A stretch of 64,000 nt of DNA from a virus (taxonomy: Duplodnaviria > Caudoviricetes), in the IMG/VR virus record IMGVR_UViG_2974529408_000001, positions 2,893 to 66,892 of that record. One strand, written 5' to 3'. Below the pieces are notes generated by a model. It had not been told where the DNA came from and did no database searches. It was given only the letters and a program-made list of their open reading frames with translations. Within the stretch, counting starts at the first letter, position 1, and every line of letters starts with the position of its first letter. Of the stretch, positions 46,012 through 55,579 are shown one piece after another. A program made the translations under genes and the position numbers.

Positions 46012-46478
46012 TGGCCGGGAAGAACGTAGTACGGATGCTCAAAGGCACCGTCAACCACATCTGGGCGATGGTGAACTTTGAGGGTCCGTACGAGGACGAT
46101 GGTGATCGAAAGACTGACATCGTTGACCTGGGTAAGCAGTCGCCTTCTTCCGCCAACGGGATCAGTTCGCAGATCCATCCGGACTCCTTCACCGACTGGC
46201 GGAAGGGATCGGCAATCCAGTGGCACAAGCCTCTGATCGACATTGACATTCCGATTGCTGCCGTACCGTCCACGACCGAAGGCCACTTCCACCTGTTCAT
46301 CGACAAGGAGCTGACTTGGGAAGAGTACAAGACACTGCTGAAGGTTTTCCGTGACCTGAAGATCATTGAGGACGGGTACTACCAGGCGTCACTGCGACGC
46401 GGGGCCACATGGGTGAGGGCACCGTGGTGTAAGAAGCCACCCGAAGAGATCATCGAAGAAGAAGAGGAGACGTTCTGA
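46011..46478 (+). CDS. hypothetical protein
   Basis: TGATG coupling; HKPLIDID...SttEGHFHLFID. Confidence 0.7.
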   Translation: MAGKNVVRMLKGTVNHIWAMVNFEGPYEDDGDRKTDIVDLGKQSPSSANGISSQIHPDSFTDWRKGSAIQWHKPLIDIDIPIAAVPSTTEGHFHLFIDKELTWEEYKTLLKVFRDLKIIEDGYYQASLRRGATWVRAPWCKKPPEEIIEEEEETF

Positions 46479-47170
46479 TGGGTACCTACTTGGTGCTAGG
46501 GGGCAAGGATGGTGGCGTGGGCAAAGCCACCGTCGACCTCCTAACAGTGCAGGGGCATATCGTCGTGGCTACCGATGCCTCGGCAGACGTTCGATCCACC
46601 ATGATCATGAACACCATCGCCAAACAGATCGCCGAGTCGGACGACCTGCTGGGCGTGGTGTACTGCGCCGGGGTCAACACCTTGCAGTGGCTCGGGGACA
46701 TGGGCAACGACGGGCTGAAGGAGGCCGCCAACATCTTCGCTGTGAACTCCTTGGGGTTCCTGTCCATGATGGATGCTCTAGTTCGGGAGTGCGAGCGACC
46801 GCTGAGCGTCGTCGCGGTAAGCTCGGACGCTGCGGAGCGCCCGTTGAGGACTTCCTCGGCGTACTGCGCAAGCAAGGCCGCGCTCAACATGCTCGTGAGA
46901 GTCGCTGCTCGGGAGCTGGGGCCGAAAGGGTGGCGCGTGAACGCGGTCGCACCGGGCATGCTGGAGGGTACCGGAATGTCCAACCACATGGACACCCAGA
47001 TTCCCTTGGTTCGCGGGTGGTCGCTGAAGGAGGCGATGGAGTACGAGAAGTCTCAGGAGGTGGTGCCTGGTCGTATCCCGCCACGCGAGGTTGCCGAGGT
47101 GGTCTTCGACCTCCTGACCGGACCGAAGCACATGAACGGTGAGATCATCACCCTGAACGGGGGCAGGTAG
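46478..47170 (+). CDS. short-chain dehydrogenase/reductase (SDR)
   Basis: GGKDGGVG, CAG, SS, YCASK, RVNAVAPG, NGG. Confidence 0.9.
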   Translation: MGTYLVLGGKDGGVGKATVDLLTVQGHIVVATDASADVRSTMIMNTIAKQIAESDDLLGVVYCAGVNTLQWLGDMGNDGLKEAANIFAVNSLGFLSMMDALVRECERPLSVVAVSSDAAERPLRTSSAYCASKAALNMLVRVAARELGPKGWRVNAVAPGMLEGTGMSNHMDTQIPLVRGWSLKEAMEYEKSQEVVPGRIPPREVAEVVFDLLTGPKHMNGEIITLNGGR

Positions 47171-47173
47171 GTC

Positions 47174-47488
47174 ATGCCTCCTAACTGGCTTATTTGGCTC
47201 CTGGTTGCACTGGGCGTCTTTCTGCTGGTCATGATGCTCGCTAGCTTCATCGTCAATGGCATAGACAGAAGGATTGACCCCCGGCTGGACGAGAAGATGA
47301 TCAAGGCTAAGAATGATGCCTTGATGGATAGTGAGGAGAAGGCATACGCCGAGAGGCTTATGGAGGGGTGGCTCAGCAAGCACTGGGAGCCACTTGATGA
47401 ATGGGTTCCGACACCAGATCAGAAATGGGAAGACAATGCCGATGAGCTACGAAGAGGCCAAAGAGGCCCTTCACGAGATGTACGATGA
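47174..47488 (+). CDS. membrane protein
   Basis: N-terminal TM. Confidence 0.7.
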   Translation: MPPNWLIWLLVALGVFLLVMMLASFIVNGIDRRIDPRLDEKMIKAKNDALMDSEEKAYAERLMEGWLSKHWEPLDEWVPTPDQKWEDNADELRRGQRGPSRDVR

Positions 47489-47546
47489 CGAGTGGATCGA
47501 GCAGAATGGCGAGGAAGAGATGATCGAGGAGCTGATGAAGCTGTGA
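47436..47546 (+). CDS. small acidic peptide
   Basis: MPMSYEEAKEAL...EELMKL; GTGA overlap with next ORF; overlaps the previous gene by about 50 nt. Confidence 0.4.
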   Translation: MPMSYEEAKEALHEMYDDEWIEQNGEEEMIEELMKL

Positions 47547-47635
47547 GCTGGATCGGTTTCATTCAGACAATCGCGATCATGTTCTGGTTCTACATGCTCG
47601 CCGCCGGACTAGTCAGGGAGATCAAGAAGTCGTGA
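47543..47635 (+). CDS. 30-aa membrane peptide (absent from ORF track)
   Basis: GAGGAG RBS, GTGA overlaps at both ends, single TM. Confidence 0.5.
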   Translation: MSWIGFIQTIAIMFWFYMLAAGLVREIKKS

Positions 47636-48105
47636 AGTGGGTTGATGGTGCCCACCGTAGGTTTGAGGAGGTTCATCAGTGTGATGACTTTTGCAAGCCT
47701 ATTGGTGGCTCCATTGGCAGGCCGCCTACTCCATGGTGCAAGAGATTCCCAAGGTTGATATCTTATCAAGAAGACAACACCTGTTGGTGGTGGACCTCTT
47801 CGATGAATAAGACAGACGCCCAAAGGAATAGGCTGAACTTCTCTCTGAGGTCTCAGTTCTTCATAGATTTGGGGTATCCTGCGGCAGTTGATGCCTGTCG
47901 ATGGATATACGAAAATGAAATAGATGACATTCCTGAAGGAATGCAGATAGACCATCTCTGCGAAAATTGGAGATGCGTCAACCCTTACCACTTGGAACCC
48001 GTAACTGTTCTTGAAAACAACCAGCGATACCGAAGCACTCGGTCATCGTGGACCTTGCGTGATGAGCACGGCATCATTCGAGGTCGCAAGGAGGTGATGT
48101 CATGA
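47632..48105 (+). CDS. free-standing HNH homing endonuclease
   Basis: IDHLCENWRCVNPYHLEPVT..EN; visibly AT-richer than its flanks. Confidence 0.85.
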   Translation: MKWVDGAHRRFEEVHQCDDFCKPIGGSIGRPPTPWCKRFPRLISYQEDNTCWWWTSSMNKTDAQRNRLNFSLRSQFFIDLGYPAAVDACRWIYENEIDDIPEGMQIDHLCENWRCVNPYHLEPVTVLENNQRYRSTRSSWTLRDEHGIIRGRKEVMS

Positions 48106-51100
48106 GGTGGGTCAGTTTGCATACGCATTCGACCTTCTCCTAGGTGGCCTACGGAGACGGCTACGGGCCGGTGAAAGACCACGTTGCCCGAGTTGAGGAG
48201 CTTGGCATGACTGCCATCTGCCTCACCGAGCACGGCCACAACTCTTCTCACGTGCAGCTTGAGAAGGCATGCAAGGGCACCAGCATCAAGCCCATGTATG
48301 GATGCGAGCTGTACGTTGTCCACGACAACTGGGAAGAGCAGCGACGCAAGTACCACCAGATCGCGATTGCCATCAACGAGAAGGGTTACCAGAATCTCAA
48401 CCGTATCGTCTCAATCGCGAACTCGCCGGAATATCAGTACGACCGTTTCCCCACCATCCCCAAGCACATCCTGTTCGAGTACTCAGAGGGTCTGGTTGTT
48501 ACCAGTGGCTGTGCCGACTCGCTGCTGAGCTGTACCCTCCTTGGCGGAAAGAACATGGGCCCCAAGAGACTGGAATACAATGAAGAGCAATACCGAGAGA
48601 CTGTCGCACTTGCGGCAGAGTACCAAGAGGTATTCGGACCGCGTTACTTTCTGGAAGTGCAACGTTTCCCGAGACTGGACCGTACAAGGGTGCTCAATCC
48701 GGCCTTCGAGCGGATTGGTGCTGAACTTGGGATTGAGCTCGTTGCCACGGCGGACGTCCATTACCCTCACCCTGGGGACAACAAGATGCATCGCATACTC
48801 CACGCTGCGAATCGTGGTGGTGGGAAGACGATTGCCCAAGCTGACGCTGAGTGGGAATACGACATTCTCCTCACTTATCCTGAGTCAGATTCGGAAATCT
48901 ACCACGACCTTATTGCCACCGGACTCTCCCCGAAGGCAGCGAAGAGATCCATTCTGAACACTGCGGCCATCGCGAAGCGATGCACCGTAGAGCTTCCCAA
49001 GAACGAACCGATCAAGTGGCCCTACCCTGGCAGCGGTCTCCGTGGCGAGGACATTGTGGCCGACGTGGAGAAGGAGGGCAACAATGATCCGCAGACTTAT
49101 TCGAGCATTGAGGAATACACTTGGGCGCGTCTCCGCAAGGGTTGGGCGTTCCGCATCCAAAGCAATGTCCATATGCGGAAGAACAAAGCGCAGTATACTG
49201 AGCGTGTCAAGTACGAGATGGAGCGCATCATCCCTCGTGGATTCTGTGACTACTTCGGCATGCTCAGTTACCTGGTCACCTGGGCCAAGGACAACAAGAT
49301 TCCTGTTGGACCTGCTCGCGGAAGTGCTGCTGCTAGCCTGGTTTGTTACCTGCTCCGCATCACCGAGGTCGACCCACTACAGTTCCCGACGATGATGTTC
49401 GAGAGGTTCATCGACCCCAAGCGATTGGACCTCCCAGACGTCGACTTGGACTTCGCCGACGACCGACGCGATGAGGTCCGCCAGGAGGCCATCCGAGTCT
49501 TCGGGTCTGACCGTGTGGGCAACATCGGTAACTTCACCAGGTACAAGGGCAAGAACTCGATCACTGACGTGGCGAAGGTCTACGGCATCCCCAAGTTCGA
49601 TACTCAGGTCGTCAAGGACCTGATCATTGAAAGGTCAGGCGGTGACTCTCGACAGAACGACACGCTCATGGACACCTTCGAGATGTTCCCTAAGGCACGA
49701 GCAGTACTGGACAAGCATCCGGAATTGGAGCTTGCCTCGAAGCTTGAGGGGAACTACCGGGGCGCAGGGGTTCATGCAGCAGGACTCGTCATATCCAACG
49801 CTTCCATCCCGGACACCTGTGCCCTCCACACGCAAGAGTCAGGCGGTCGTGAGATTACCGCTGTCCCCTACGACAAGAAGGACGCAGAATATCTGGGCAT
49901 GCTGAAGGCTGACTTCCTTGGCCTGAAGACGATGGGCGAGATCGGGCTCATGCTGAACATCATCGGCATGGACCTGGAAGACCTTTACCGCATCCCCCTG
50001 GATGACGAGGAGGTGATGGACGCCTTCCAGAGGAACGATGTTCAGGGCATCTTCCAGTTCGAGGGTCGAGCCACCCGAGTCACCTGTGACCGAGTCAAGC
50101 CGGACAACTTCATGGAACTGGCGGACATCAACGCGCTGTCCCGACCTGGACCATTGTTCTCGGGCATGACTGATCATTATATCAAGGTCAAGTGGGGCGA
50201 GATGGAGATCGAGAAGCTCCATCCCATCGTCGATGAGTACACGTCGTTCACCAAAGGTCAGATCGTCTATCAGGAGCAGGTTCTTGGAATCATTAAAGAC
50301 CTGGGTGGATTCCCAGTTCAACGAGTTGGCGACATTCGGAAGATCATCAGCCAGAAGCTTGGCGAGGCGAGCTTCAACGAGATGTACGAGGAGTTTGAGT
50401 CTGGGGCCAAGCGACTTCATAATGTGGAACCTGCCCTCGCTAAGCGAATCTGGAGCTTCATGGTCACTTCGGCCACCTACAGTTTCAATATCGCTCACTG
50501 TGTCTCCTACAGCATGCTCGCTTTCTGGCAGATGTGGCTCAAGATCCATGATCCTGTCGCTTTCTACTACGCCAAGCTAGAGAAGACGCCGAACGACAAG
50601 AACAACCAGGACAAAATCCGCAAGTACATGAAAGACGCTGTGCGACACGGGGTTTCAGTTGCCGCACCGCATCTCAACAAGAGCACGAAGTCTTGGGCGT
50701 ACGACCATTACGTCCCGGCTTCAAAGACGAAGCCAATCACATGGAAGGAGGGTGATCCGCTGGTCGGCGCTGTCCATGCCGGATTTACCCAGATCAAGGG
50801 TATCGGAGACAGCTATGCTGACAATATTCTGGAGTTGCGTGATCGTCTCGGTGGTTTTGACAGCTGGGAGGATCTACTTGGCGCGAAGGGGATCGGACCG
50901 GGACGACTAGAGAAGATCATGGCCTTCGTAGAGAAGGATGATCCCTTTGACGTCCGACTGGCTGAGCACATTCTCACCGAGTACCGACGCCGCATCAACC
51001 TGGGCATCGACGGCTGGGACGAAGTGCTTGAGCCGGACATGACCTCTGACGAGGTGCCCAAGGACTTCTTCGGAATGTTCACCTGGATGGGTATGGTGAA

Positions 51101-51452
51101 GAAGAAGGAGTTCAAGGACCTGATGGAGGATGAGCGGGCACGATCTGGTCAGTCGACCGAAGAGATCATGGCCCGACTGAAGGACCCGCACCTCACCAAG
51201 AGCTGCACCCTGCACTGCTATGACGATGGTGACGAGGAGATTTACGCTCGCATCAGCCGATGGGACTACGAAGCATTGGAGACGCTACTCGAAGAGATCG
51301 AACCCAACAAAGACGTAATCGTGATCACTGGCAAGCGCAAGCGGATGTTTGGTATCTCCGTAGGAGTCAAGAACATCCAGGTGATCGACCCGACCGATGA
51401 CATCCCTGGCATTCTGGAGAATGCCCGAAAGAAAGCAGCTGGTATACAATGA
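48102..51452 (+). CDS. dnaE: DNA polymerase III alpha (DnaE-like), interrupted by in-frame TAG at 48141-48143
   Basis: AAGGAGGTGA SD + MRWVSLHTHSTFS*VAYGDG; TEHG, GCELY, DVHY, RGSAA, FERF, PDVDLDF, HAAG, KADFLG. Confidence 0.92.
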
Positions 51453-52081
51453 CGCTCGACCATCGCCAGGCCATTCGTGGCACCGCAGAGTTCAACGACC
51501 GTGAGCTCAACTTCCTGGATGATCGCTACCAGGACAACACCCTGATCTCCGCCATCTTCGAGTTCATGAAGGTTGGCAAGCAGCTCAAGGATAGCCGGGG
51601 CAAGTACATTCGATTCGGCGACGACCCCAAGGCACCCCACCGCAAGCGTCGTCGGTCCTGGCTGGCGAGCGCCGATGACGGGGAGGTTGGCGAGTTCCTG
51701 GACGCCGACTTCCAGAACGACCTCATCGAGTACATCGACGGGGCCATCGACGTGGCCTACATCGCCCTTGGCGGACTCATCGAAGCCAGCGAGGGAAGCG
51801 AGATCGTGGCCCAGATTCTCCTCAAGGAGGTGCTGCGATCCAACGAGACCAAGCTGGTCGACTGCGAGGTTCGGGACGATGGCAAGGTGGTGAAGGGGCC
51901 GTACTACGAGCCGCCCAGGATCGAGTCCATCCTCACCTACTTCGCCGTGCGTATCCCCGACCGGGGCGCGTCGGGGTCGGTCGTCGCTATCCCCGCTGCG
52001 ACGGGGCCGAACCTGACGGCAGTGCCGAACCCCGAACCTACCGAAGTCGGCGTCAACTTTCTCGGAGAGGACAACAACTGA
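51449..52081 (+). CDS. MazG-like/PRA-PH-type NTP pyrophosphohydrolase
   Basis: EVGEF...EYIDGAIDVAYI...EVLRSNETK...DGKVVKGP. Confidence 0.8.
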   Translation: MTLDHRQAIRGTAEFNDRELNFLDDRYQDNTLISAIFEFMKVGKQLKDSRGKYIRFGDDPKAPHRKRRRSWLASADDGEVGEFLDADFQNDLIEYIDGAIDVAYIALGGLIEASEGSEIVAQILLKEVLRSNETKLVDCEVRDDGKVVKGPYYEPPRIESILTYFAVRIPDRGASGSVVAIPAATGPNLTAVPNPEPTEVGVNFLGEDNN

Positions 52082-52380
52082 TGGCTGAGCTGAACCCCGA
52101 GCAGATTCAGACACTGCTCGGCTTCATGGACCGCATGGCGACCGGCCTTGAGAAGATGGTGGCCGCAACGAAGAAGACCAACGAGCTGCTGTTCAAGACC
52201 CTGAGTGTCATGGAGGCCAACGGGGAGAACGACGGCGACCTCGTGGAGCTGTTGGCATCGTGGCCGATCATCATCCCCAGCACCGACCCCGATGATCCCG
52301 ATGGGATCACCATCGCACCCGCTGCCCAGATCATCGAGATGATGGCCGAGGATGAAGAGGAGGACAAGGATGGAGAGTGA
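52081..52380 (+). CDS. hypothetical acidic protein
   Basis: TGATG coupling. Confidence 0.7.
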   Translation: MAELNPEQIQTLLGFMDRMATGLEKMVAATKKTNELLFKTLSVMEANGENDGDLVELLASWPIIIPSTDPDDPDGITIAPAAQIIEMMAEDEEEDKDGE

Positions 52381-52777
52381 CTGGCCCAAGGGGATCATCC
52401 CTCATGAAGGTCGGTGCGCTGGAACTGAGGACTGCAACCGATGTGTCCAGGAGAAGCTCAGGCGAATGGATGAGCCCAACACCTTCACGGGGCTGACCCC
52501 GGAAGAGGCCCAAGAGGAGTTGAACAAGAGAACGAACACCAGGCCCCGTCTGGGGGAGATCGGTTCATCGTCCTTCCGGACCCTGGACAAGATCGTTCTG
52601 GAGTCTGGCGTATCGAACGTGATCGACAAGCTCACTGCTCCGCCAGAGACCGTGCGAGAGCACCTGGACCGGATCGGCGTTGGCTTCAAGGTCCCGATGG
52701 TCAATGGCCGTCTCGTAATCGAAATTGATGTGGCGGAACTGGAAGCCGCCGAGAACCCCAAGGAGGGTCAAGAATGA
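52370..52777 (+). CDS. hypothetical protein
   Basis: GAGGAGG RBS; H..C....C..C. Confidence 0.65.
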   Translation: MESDWPKGIIPHEGRCAGTEDCNRCVQEKLRRMDEPNTFTGLTPEEAQEELNKRTNTRPRLGEIGSSSFRTLDKIVLESGVSNVIDKLTAPPETVREHLDRIGVGFKVPMVNGRLVIEIDVAELEAAENPKEGQE

Positions 52778-53829
52778 ACGCAGGACCGGGCAACAACCCT
52801 GATATGGGTGCAACGTGGCACGCCGACATGGAGGCGGCGCGCAAAGGCAAAGAGGTCCAACGCTGGGCGGACGACTTCATGTTTGAAGCGGAGGCAATTG
52901 ATGAAAATACAGGTCCCGAGGTCTACCTCCTGGCCGGTAATCCTGATCCACTGGGGAGCATTGCGGCTGCCGCGAAGGCATACGTGGGTGAGTTTGTGGG
53001 TTCGCTGTCCGAAATCACTGATGAGGAACGCCGACACTACCTCACCGAGATCCAGAAGACTGCCCTGGCGATGCCCCTGGAATCGGTACAGTTCCATTTT
53101 CGTATCAAGGGTGTCACTCGGGGATTCACCCATCAGATGGTACGTCAACGTACGGCTGCATACAGCCAGGAGTCCACACGATTTGCCGTCAAGTCCGGAG
53201 TTCCAGTGGGCCGACCGCCCTCACTCGACGGGACTCTGAGCCGGAAGGAATGGCGCGAGAACGAGGCGAAGACCACCAGCATGGGTTCTGCGAGCGAAGA
53301 CGTGTGGCTAGAGTACGAGGAGCGGTACGCCACCGACGCCCAGAAGGACCGCTTCGACTGGGACGACCTGATGGATCACGTGAAGGTGTTCTACAACAAG
53401 GTCGTGGACCGTGGTTCGATGCCTGCTGAGGATGCACGCGGCGCACTGCCGACGAACCTCCTGACTCAGCTGAACTACATCACGAACCTCCGCAACCTTC
53501 AGGTTGAGGGTGGCAAGCGACTCTGCACCCAGGCCCAGCATGAATGGGTTTTGGTGTGGGGCAAAATGCTCGAAGCTATTGCCAATTATGGAGACGAAAC
53601 AAATAATTGGCAATACCGAGAATTGGCCAGAATCTTCAAGCCAGTATGTTTTCTTGAAGGCAAATGTCCATTCAATGCCAGCTTTGACCGTAAGTGCAAC
53701 ATTCGCGGCAAAGTCGAACAATATGCCAGCCACGGAGTTCCAAGCTCAGATTGGCCAATGGGCCGTGCTGACCTTGGAATCCCGCCCATCCTTCCTCAAG
53801 AATGGACCAGGGCCGATGCCGCACGGTAA
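52774..53829 (+). CDS. thyX: ThyX-like flavin-dependent thymidylate synthase
   Basis: RGFTHQMVRQRTAAYSQESTRF, EDARGALP, NLR, RLCTQAQHE. Confidence 0.85.
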   Translation: MNAGPGNNPDMGATWHADMEAARKGKEVQRWADDFMFEAEAIDENTGPEVYLLAGNPDPLGSIAAAAKAYVGEFVGSLSEITDEERRHYLTEIQKTALAMPLESVQFHFRIKGVTRGFTHQMVRQRTAAYSQESTRFAVKSGVPVGRPPSLDGTLSRKEWRENEAKTTSMGSASEDVWLEYEERYATDAQKDRFDWDDLMDHVKVFYNKVVDRGSMPAEDARGALPTNLLTQLNYITNLRNLQVEGGKRLCTQAQHEWVLVWGKMLEAIANYGDETNNWQYRELARIFKPVCFLEGKCPFNASFDRKCNIRGKVEQYASHGVPSSDWPMGRADLGIPPILPQEWTRADAAR

Positions 53830-54226
53830 GGGATTGTGCAAATGTCACAGTAATCTCAAAGGCAGGACCATCAAAGCAAAGCATGGTCCTGGAATTTGCA
53901 AATGTCCAAAACATCAAACAAGAGAAACCCTATATAGGGTTGATTTTCAAGAGATGTTTGGCGACGGTCCATTTCCTTGCGGGGAAAAGAAACTGGGCTG
54001 CGGCGAACCAGTCATGTTCAACGAGTGCATCATTGATCATGTTGATGGCAATCACAAAAACAATGACCCTGATAATTGGCAGCCTATGCACAAGCGATGT
54101 CATGATAGGAAAAGCGCCATCGAAGATGGACGGGGCAGTCGAGTCATAGGAATGAATGCCCACCCAAGCAACAGTCCAGAGTCAAGGGCAGAAAGAGCAA
54201 GGATCCAACATGCCAAAAATCAATAG
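53816..54226 (+). CDS. free-standing HNH endonuclease
   Basis: IDHVDGNHKNNDPDNWQPMHKRCH; AT-rich. Confidence 0.85.
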   Translation: MPHGKGLCKCHSNLKGRTIKAKHGPGICKCPKHQTRETLYRVDFQEMFGDGPFPCGEKKLGCGEPVMFNECIIDHVDGNHKNNDPDNWQPMHKRCHDRKSAIEDGRGSRVIGMNAHPSNSPESRAERARIQHAKNQ

Positions 54227-54259
54227 CGCGACCTTGGAGCGCCCGAAGGCGGCGCGATA

Positions 54260-54412
54260 ATGGCAATGGTCTGTGGAATCTGCGCCGATGGTCTCTGCGA
54301 GAACCATGAAGAAGATTGCGTCACCGATGGCACCATCATCGAGACAATCGGCGGAAAGTGCAACTGCCCCAATCTGGATGGAGAGGAGAATGAAGGGGTT
54401 CCCAGTGACTGA
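54260..54412 (+). CDS. small Cys-rich protein (absent from ORF track)
   Basis: CGIC...C..H...C...CNC; 50 aa. Confidence 0.5.
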   Translation: MAMVCGICADGLCENHEEDCVTDGTIIETIGGKCNCPNLDGEENEGVPSD

Positions 54413-54743
54413 GAACGAGCCAGTCGACCCGAGCTACCCAGATGAGGATGAACCGACTACTTCAGCCGAGTACCGTGAGCGGTACCCGAACGTACCGGAC
54501 GGGTCAATCTGCCCCAGCTGCGAGAACGAGGACAGCAAGTGGGCTATAAGGAATGGGGTCTGCTACATCTGCATCTGTGGCTGCCCGAAGTGCGAGGGCC
54601 AACCCGATGCCCAACCGGACTGGGTCTCGCCGGATGGGAAGTACGAAGGATACATCGTTCAGCCAAAGATCGACCACAGTGAACCTCAACACAATGGTCC
54701 ACACGTTCACTTCGCTTTCAAGGAGGCCCAGGATGAGGATTGA
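54405..54743 (+). CDS. Cys-rich hypothetical protein
   Basis: CPSC...CYICICGCPKC; start could be 54390. Confidence 0.6.
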   Translation: MTENEPVDPSYPDEDEPTTSAEYRERYPNVPDGSICPSCENEDSKWAIRNGVCYICICGCPKCEGQPDAQPDWVSPDGKYEGYIVQPKIDHSEPQHNGPHVHFAFKEAQDED

Positions 54744-54936
54744 CCCATGCTGGCAAATGTACGCTCTGGGTCTGACCGGGGGAATCTTCATCAGCAATTG
54801 TTTCGTCAAGGTGCCCGATTGGTTGATTTTCATCGGCATCGTCGTCACGGTTGCCCATATCGCCTCGATGATCACCAGGTGGATCTTCGATAGGAAGGAG
54901 AGTGATGAAGCCGAGTCCGGCACCGGACCTGAGTGA
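54733..54936 (+). CDS. small membrane protein
   Basis: AAGGAGG RBS; two TMs. Confidence 0.65.
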   Translation: MRIDPCWQMYALGLTGGIFISNCFVKVPDWLIFIGIVVTVAHIASMITRWIFDRKESDEAESGTGPE

Positions 54937-55579
54937 GGGGCGGCTCGAACGAGCCAAGAAACCCAACCCCAAGTCCCTACCCAAGTTCGTGACGGTCATC
55001 GCCGTAGACCCTGGTGAGACGACGGGCTGGGCGCTGTGGAATCTGTATCCGGAGGTCCTGGTCTATGACGACGAGAAGATCATCGACAACATCCAGATGT
55101 GGACCCATGGCCAGGTTGAGTGCGTCAGCCGGTTTGAGGATGAGGACTTCGAGGACCTGGGCATCGCCTTCGTCAACGAGTCGGAGGCTATCGGCGTTGC
55201 CGAGTTGGTTGGCCTTCTTCGCTCGTGGGACGGCGCTGCCGTGGTCATCGAGTCCTTCATCCTCCGCCAGCAGCGCAAGGATGCCAGCCTGCTCAGCCCC
55301 GTCCGGATCACCGCAGCACTGAGCCAGTGGTTGTGGCAGCAGCGTCGGCTGTACTTCGTTCAGCAGCCGTCGATGGCTAAGACCACCGTCACCGATGCAC
55401 GCCTCAAGACCTGGGGCTTCTATGAACGCAGTGGCGGAATGCAGCATGCCAGGGATGCCGACCGTCACGCCATCACCTTCCTCAGAAGGTGCAAGGGCAG
55501 CAGTCCAGCTGCCTGCAAGCTGCGCCACAAGGCGTGGCCGCATATCTTTGATGAAAAGGGAGACTACCGATATGGATAA
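54905..55579 (+). CDS. RuvC-like Holliday junction resolvase
   Basis: IAVDPGETTGWA, VVIESF, HARDA. Confidence 0.8.
   Translation: MKPSPAPDLSEGRLERAKKPNPKSLPKFVTVIAVDPGETTGWALWNLYPEVLVYDDEKIIDNIQMWTHGQVECVSRFEDEDFEDLGIAFVNESEAIGVAELVGLLRSWDGAAVVIESFILRQQRKDASLLSPVRITAALSQWLWQQRRLYFVQQPSMAKTTVTDARLKTWGFYERSGGMQHARDADRHAITFLRRCKGSSPAACKLRHKAWPHIFDEKGDYRYG

Noticed and set aside
48141-48143. Genome-wide TAG reassignment as the explanation of the dnaE stop
   Set aside because: TAG terminates many clear genes here (e.g. 442, 7241, 24356, 27946) and no suppressor tRNA was seen in the window
47632-48143. Group I intron carrying the HNH inside dnaE
   Set aside because: The dnaE SD, start and first motif all lie downstream of the HNH; there is no upstream exon or room for a ribozyme core
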